From contig OZ251539.1 of NCBI GenBank assembly GCA_965243135.1, forward strand, positions 4,384,001 through 4,448,000: 64,000 bases of DNA, written 5' to 3'. The position numbers and the translations under genes are program-made. This document shows positions 61,853 to 64,000 of this stretch, piece by piece. Every line of letters starts with the position of its first letter. The stretch's first letter is position 1. The notes under the pieces are model-generated. The model did no database searches, was not told the DNA's origin, and saw nothing but the letters and a program-made list of their open reading frames with translations. The stretch is from Alphaproteobacteria bacterium. Its GTDB lineage: Bacteria; Pseudomonadota; Alphaproteobacteria; MPNO01; UBA830.

Positions 61853-63085
61853 TCAACGCTTATACGCCGGAACGAAATTGCCGCCATGCCGTGCCCGCCA
61901 CCAATCCTCCAGCAAACCGGACACAAATCGATAGTTACCGTCTGATTCTTTGGCAAGGTAGCCGTCGTGCACAAGAACATCCAAGACATCGGAAGTCGGA
62001 GTCGAACTCCCGTTCGGTAACGACGAAAAATAGTCGCGATGGCCCTGTATAGCTTCGTCAGAAATCATGCCACCGCTCATCGCAGCATCGGTCAGCAATT
62101 CAAGAGCCATACGATAACTGTTATCACCAAGAGTCTCCCTCAGTCGCTGTTCGTAGTGATCCAAGTCGATCTGGCCAACGCTCCCGAGCATATCGTGGAG
62201 ATAAACATGCTCAACGTCGTCTAGCGTGGCCTCGCTCCGTTTGTGTCGACCGAGATATTCATGAAGCGCGTCGAAAAACTGTTGCACATGATGAGGGACA
62301 CAGCAGCGTAAACGGCAGCATATTTCACGGGCCACGTCTTCCGCAAGATCGATCTCGTAGTTCTCCGCTAACGCCATAAGACAGGCCGCAGCTGTTTCTT
62401 CCAACCATGGTTTCAGTTCATAGGAGGAAAAAATATTTGCATGAGCGCTCAATCCTGCCTGCCGCAGGATCGGTTGAAGCCCCATACTTCCAGAGACGAT
62501 TATGCAAACATTCCCCCTATGGGCTTGTCCGTTCTTGCGCAGAAAACTCAAAAAAAGGTCCGCAGCCTCCTTGCGTTCGATCGTGATCCTGTAATCGTCT
62601 CCCTTGAGCAGCCGGTTGACGAGTATAGGCAGTTCGTCGACCGCCAGCACCACGGGCCGGCCGCAATCGGCAAATGCCTTGAATATCCGATCACCCTCGT
62701 GTTGCCAGTTCCCAGGGTCAATACTAGCACGCATCTTGACCCGAAACGAACCGATTCTTGCTTCGTCGAGATGTTCCACAATGGTCCGCCAACCAGCCGC
62801 CAACCGTCCCCGCTTGCCATTCGTTGACCGGAGGGCGGTATCAAGTTCAGCGATGGCCTCCGCAGCGTTTCGGGTGCCCTCCAAATCTACAAAAACGGTC
62901 TCAAAACGCCCTGTCTCTGCAAGTCGACGCAGCAATTCGCGAACCAGGCTTGTCTTCCCCATCCGCCGCTGTGCTGTCAGCAACGTGTGGGTTCCGTTTT
63001 CGACGCGCTCCGTAAGAGCCGAGAGCTCAACCTCCCGGTTGAAAAAGCGCTCGCCAGACACCCAGTTTCCACCAGCTTTCTTCAT
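61853..63085 (-). CDS. STAND-related P-loop ATPase with C-terminal wHTH (410 aa), cassette copy 2
   Basis: FFNREVEL, AQRRMGKTS, LAVDE, LVHDGYL...LLEDWW. Confidence 0.88.
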   Translation of the reverse strand: MKKAGGNWVSGERFFNREVELSALTERVENGTHTLLTAQRRMGKTSLVRELLRRLAETGRFETVFVDLEGTRNAAEAIAELDTALRSTNGKRGRLAAGWRTIVEHLDEARIGSFRVKMRASIDPGNWQHEGDRIFKAFADCGRPVVLAVDELPILVNRLLKGDDYRITIERKEAADLFLSFLRKNGQAHRGNVCIIVSGSMGLQPILRQAGLSAHANIFSSYELKPWLEETAAACLMALAENYEIDLAEDVAREICCRLRCCVPHHVQQFFDALHEYLGRHKRSEATLDDVEHVYLHDMLGSVGQIDLDHYEQRLRETLGDNSYRMALELLTDAAMSGGMISDEAIQGHRDYFSSLPNGSSTPTSDVLDVLVHDGYLAKESDGNYRFVSGLLEDWWRARHGGNFVPAYKR

Positions 63086-63091
63086 CGCCCT

Positions 63092-63132
63092 ATTTCCCAA
63101 CGAATTTGATTGCAACAATGTCGTTGGGAAAT
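63092..63132. promoter_or_regulatory. Perfect 12-bp inverted repeat containing the tandem CAAC-N6-GTTG element, upstream of cassette 2
   Basis: atttcccaacga (63092-63103) and tcgttgggaaat (63121-63132). Confidence 0.6.
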
Positions 63133-63205
63133 GGGAAGAGGTCAAGTGGGAAAATGCCGATATCCAGAAAAAATCCCAAACCCGAGTTGGTGTAGAACGT
63201 CATGC

Positions 63206-64000
63206 CTATTGTTCCAATTCCTGCCCGAATTGGCGGAGCCGTTCCCGAAGTCTCTGGAAACGCTGGTCATCGATCAGTTCGGCGTCCACCACCTGAATCT
63301 GCTCCAGACACTCCCTCACTCCCCACGCCGATTTATAGTCAACTATCAACTCCAGAAAATCGAGCGCATACTCGGGAAACTTTTCGCAAAGCTTGGACTC
63401 CTTTAGTCGATACATCAGTCGGCCCGGATGTTGCGGCGGCAGTAACCAATGCCGAAGCTCGTCTAGCGCTTCTGGAAATGCGTCCCGTGCGGCGATACAC
63501 ACTTTAGCGAGGCTTTCCGAAACTGCGGGAGTCCTCAGATCAAGCGACCTCGGCCAGATCGACCGCAAATACGGCAGAGCACGGTTGCGCCAATATTCTG
63601 CTCGTTGCTCTCCTGAACTATCCAGTGCGCGAGACAGCGCGTTGGCAGCGATCTGTAATCCTTTCGGCGGCAATGCCTTGATGGCGGTCCGGAGTTCTTT
63701 CATGGTGAAAGTGTCGCCTCGGTCGAGCGCGGCAGAAGTCAGCAGAGCAGGATAGTGTTCTCGGTGCGGACCGAGCTTCTCGTAATGTTGCGCAGTATCA
63801 AGGAAGGGCCTCTTGATGCATTCCATCAAGGGATAGTAGAGACGACTCGACCAAAGAAGGCCTTCCCAAGCGGCGCACGCTTCGGCTTCGCAACTCCAGT
63901 CAAACAACGGTAACAGATGCCGCTCAGTCCATTCACGGTCCACGTTAAACAACGAAACGGCATGCGTGACGAGCAAAATGCGGCTATGACGGAATTTACC
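63206..64000 (-). CDS. C-terminal part of a probable defence-associated sirtuin DSR1-like protein; 5'-partial
   Basis: LLPLFDW...AWEGLLWSSRLY...FLDTAQHY...GEQRAEYWRNR...IWPRS matches my recollection of DSR1 C-termini; the SIR2 domain would lie outside the window. Confidence 0.68.
   Translation of the reverse strand, partial: GKFRHSRILLVTHAVSLFNVDREWTERHLLPLFDWSCEAEACAAWEGLLWSSRLYYPLMECIKRPFLDTAQHYEKLGPHREHYPALLTSAALDRGDTFTMKELRTAIKALPPKGLQIAANALSRALDSSGEQRAEYWRNRALPYLRSIWPRSLDLRTPAVSESLAKVCIAARDAFPEALDELRHWLLPPQHPGRLMYRLKESKLCEKFPEYALDFLELIVDYKSAWGVRECLEQIQVVDAELIDDQRFQRLRERLRQFGQELEQ

Noticed and set aside
1-64000. CRISPR array, integron attC array, tRNA/rRNA, intact transposase or integrase
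   Set aside because: No regularly spaced repeats or diagnostic motifs found by inspection; short or degenerate elements could have been missed

Overview
High-GC bacterial window. The gene content (GcrA-like protein, alphaproteobacterial-type Cro, TRAP, TauD expansion) suggests an alphaproteobacterium, possibly host-associated; that is inference only. Catabolic and transport operons include a nucleoside-type ABC transporter with a cysteine hydrolase, MarR-EmrAB, three TauD plus PhyH dioxygenases with two BASS transporters, a molybdopterin subunit/Fe-ADH/PrpD block, TRAP-hydantoinase-acyl-CoA dehydrogenase-CoA transferase, and a Rieske oxygenase. These alternate with accessory conflict genes: Xre-RES, Fic, a frameshifted helicase-DUF2290 pair, an Mrr-like nuclease, AAA-PD-(D/E)XK, a UDG-like orphan, the 3' end of a probable DSR1 sirtuin, and a small cI/cro/gcrA-like prophage relic. 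Many spacers are decayed toxin-antitoxin genes. The best candidate for an undescribed system is a two-gene cassette present twice in divergent form (15081-19270 and 58762-63085): a ~410-aa P-loop ATPase-wHTH coupled to a ~1000-aa ATPase-wHTH-TPR protein. Both copies share an upstream 29-bp tandem CAAC-N6-GTTG element, and one copy lies directly behind the DSR1-like gene. I recognised no rRNA, tRNA, CRISPR array or intact transposase/integrase. All family calls are from motif recognition, not database searches.
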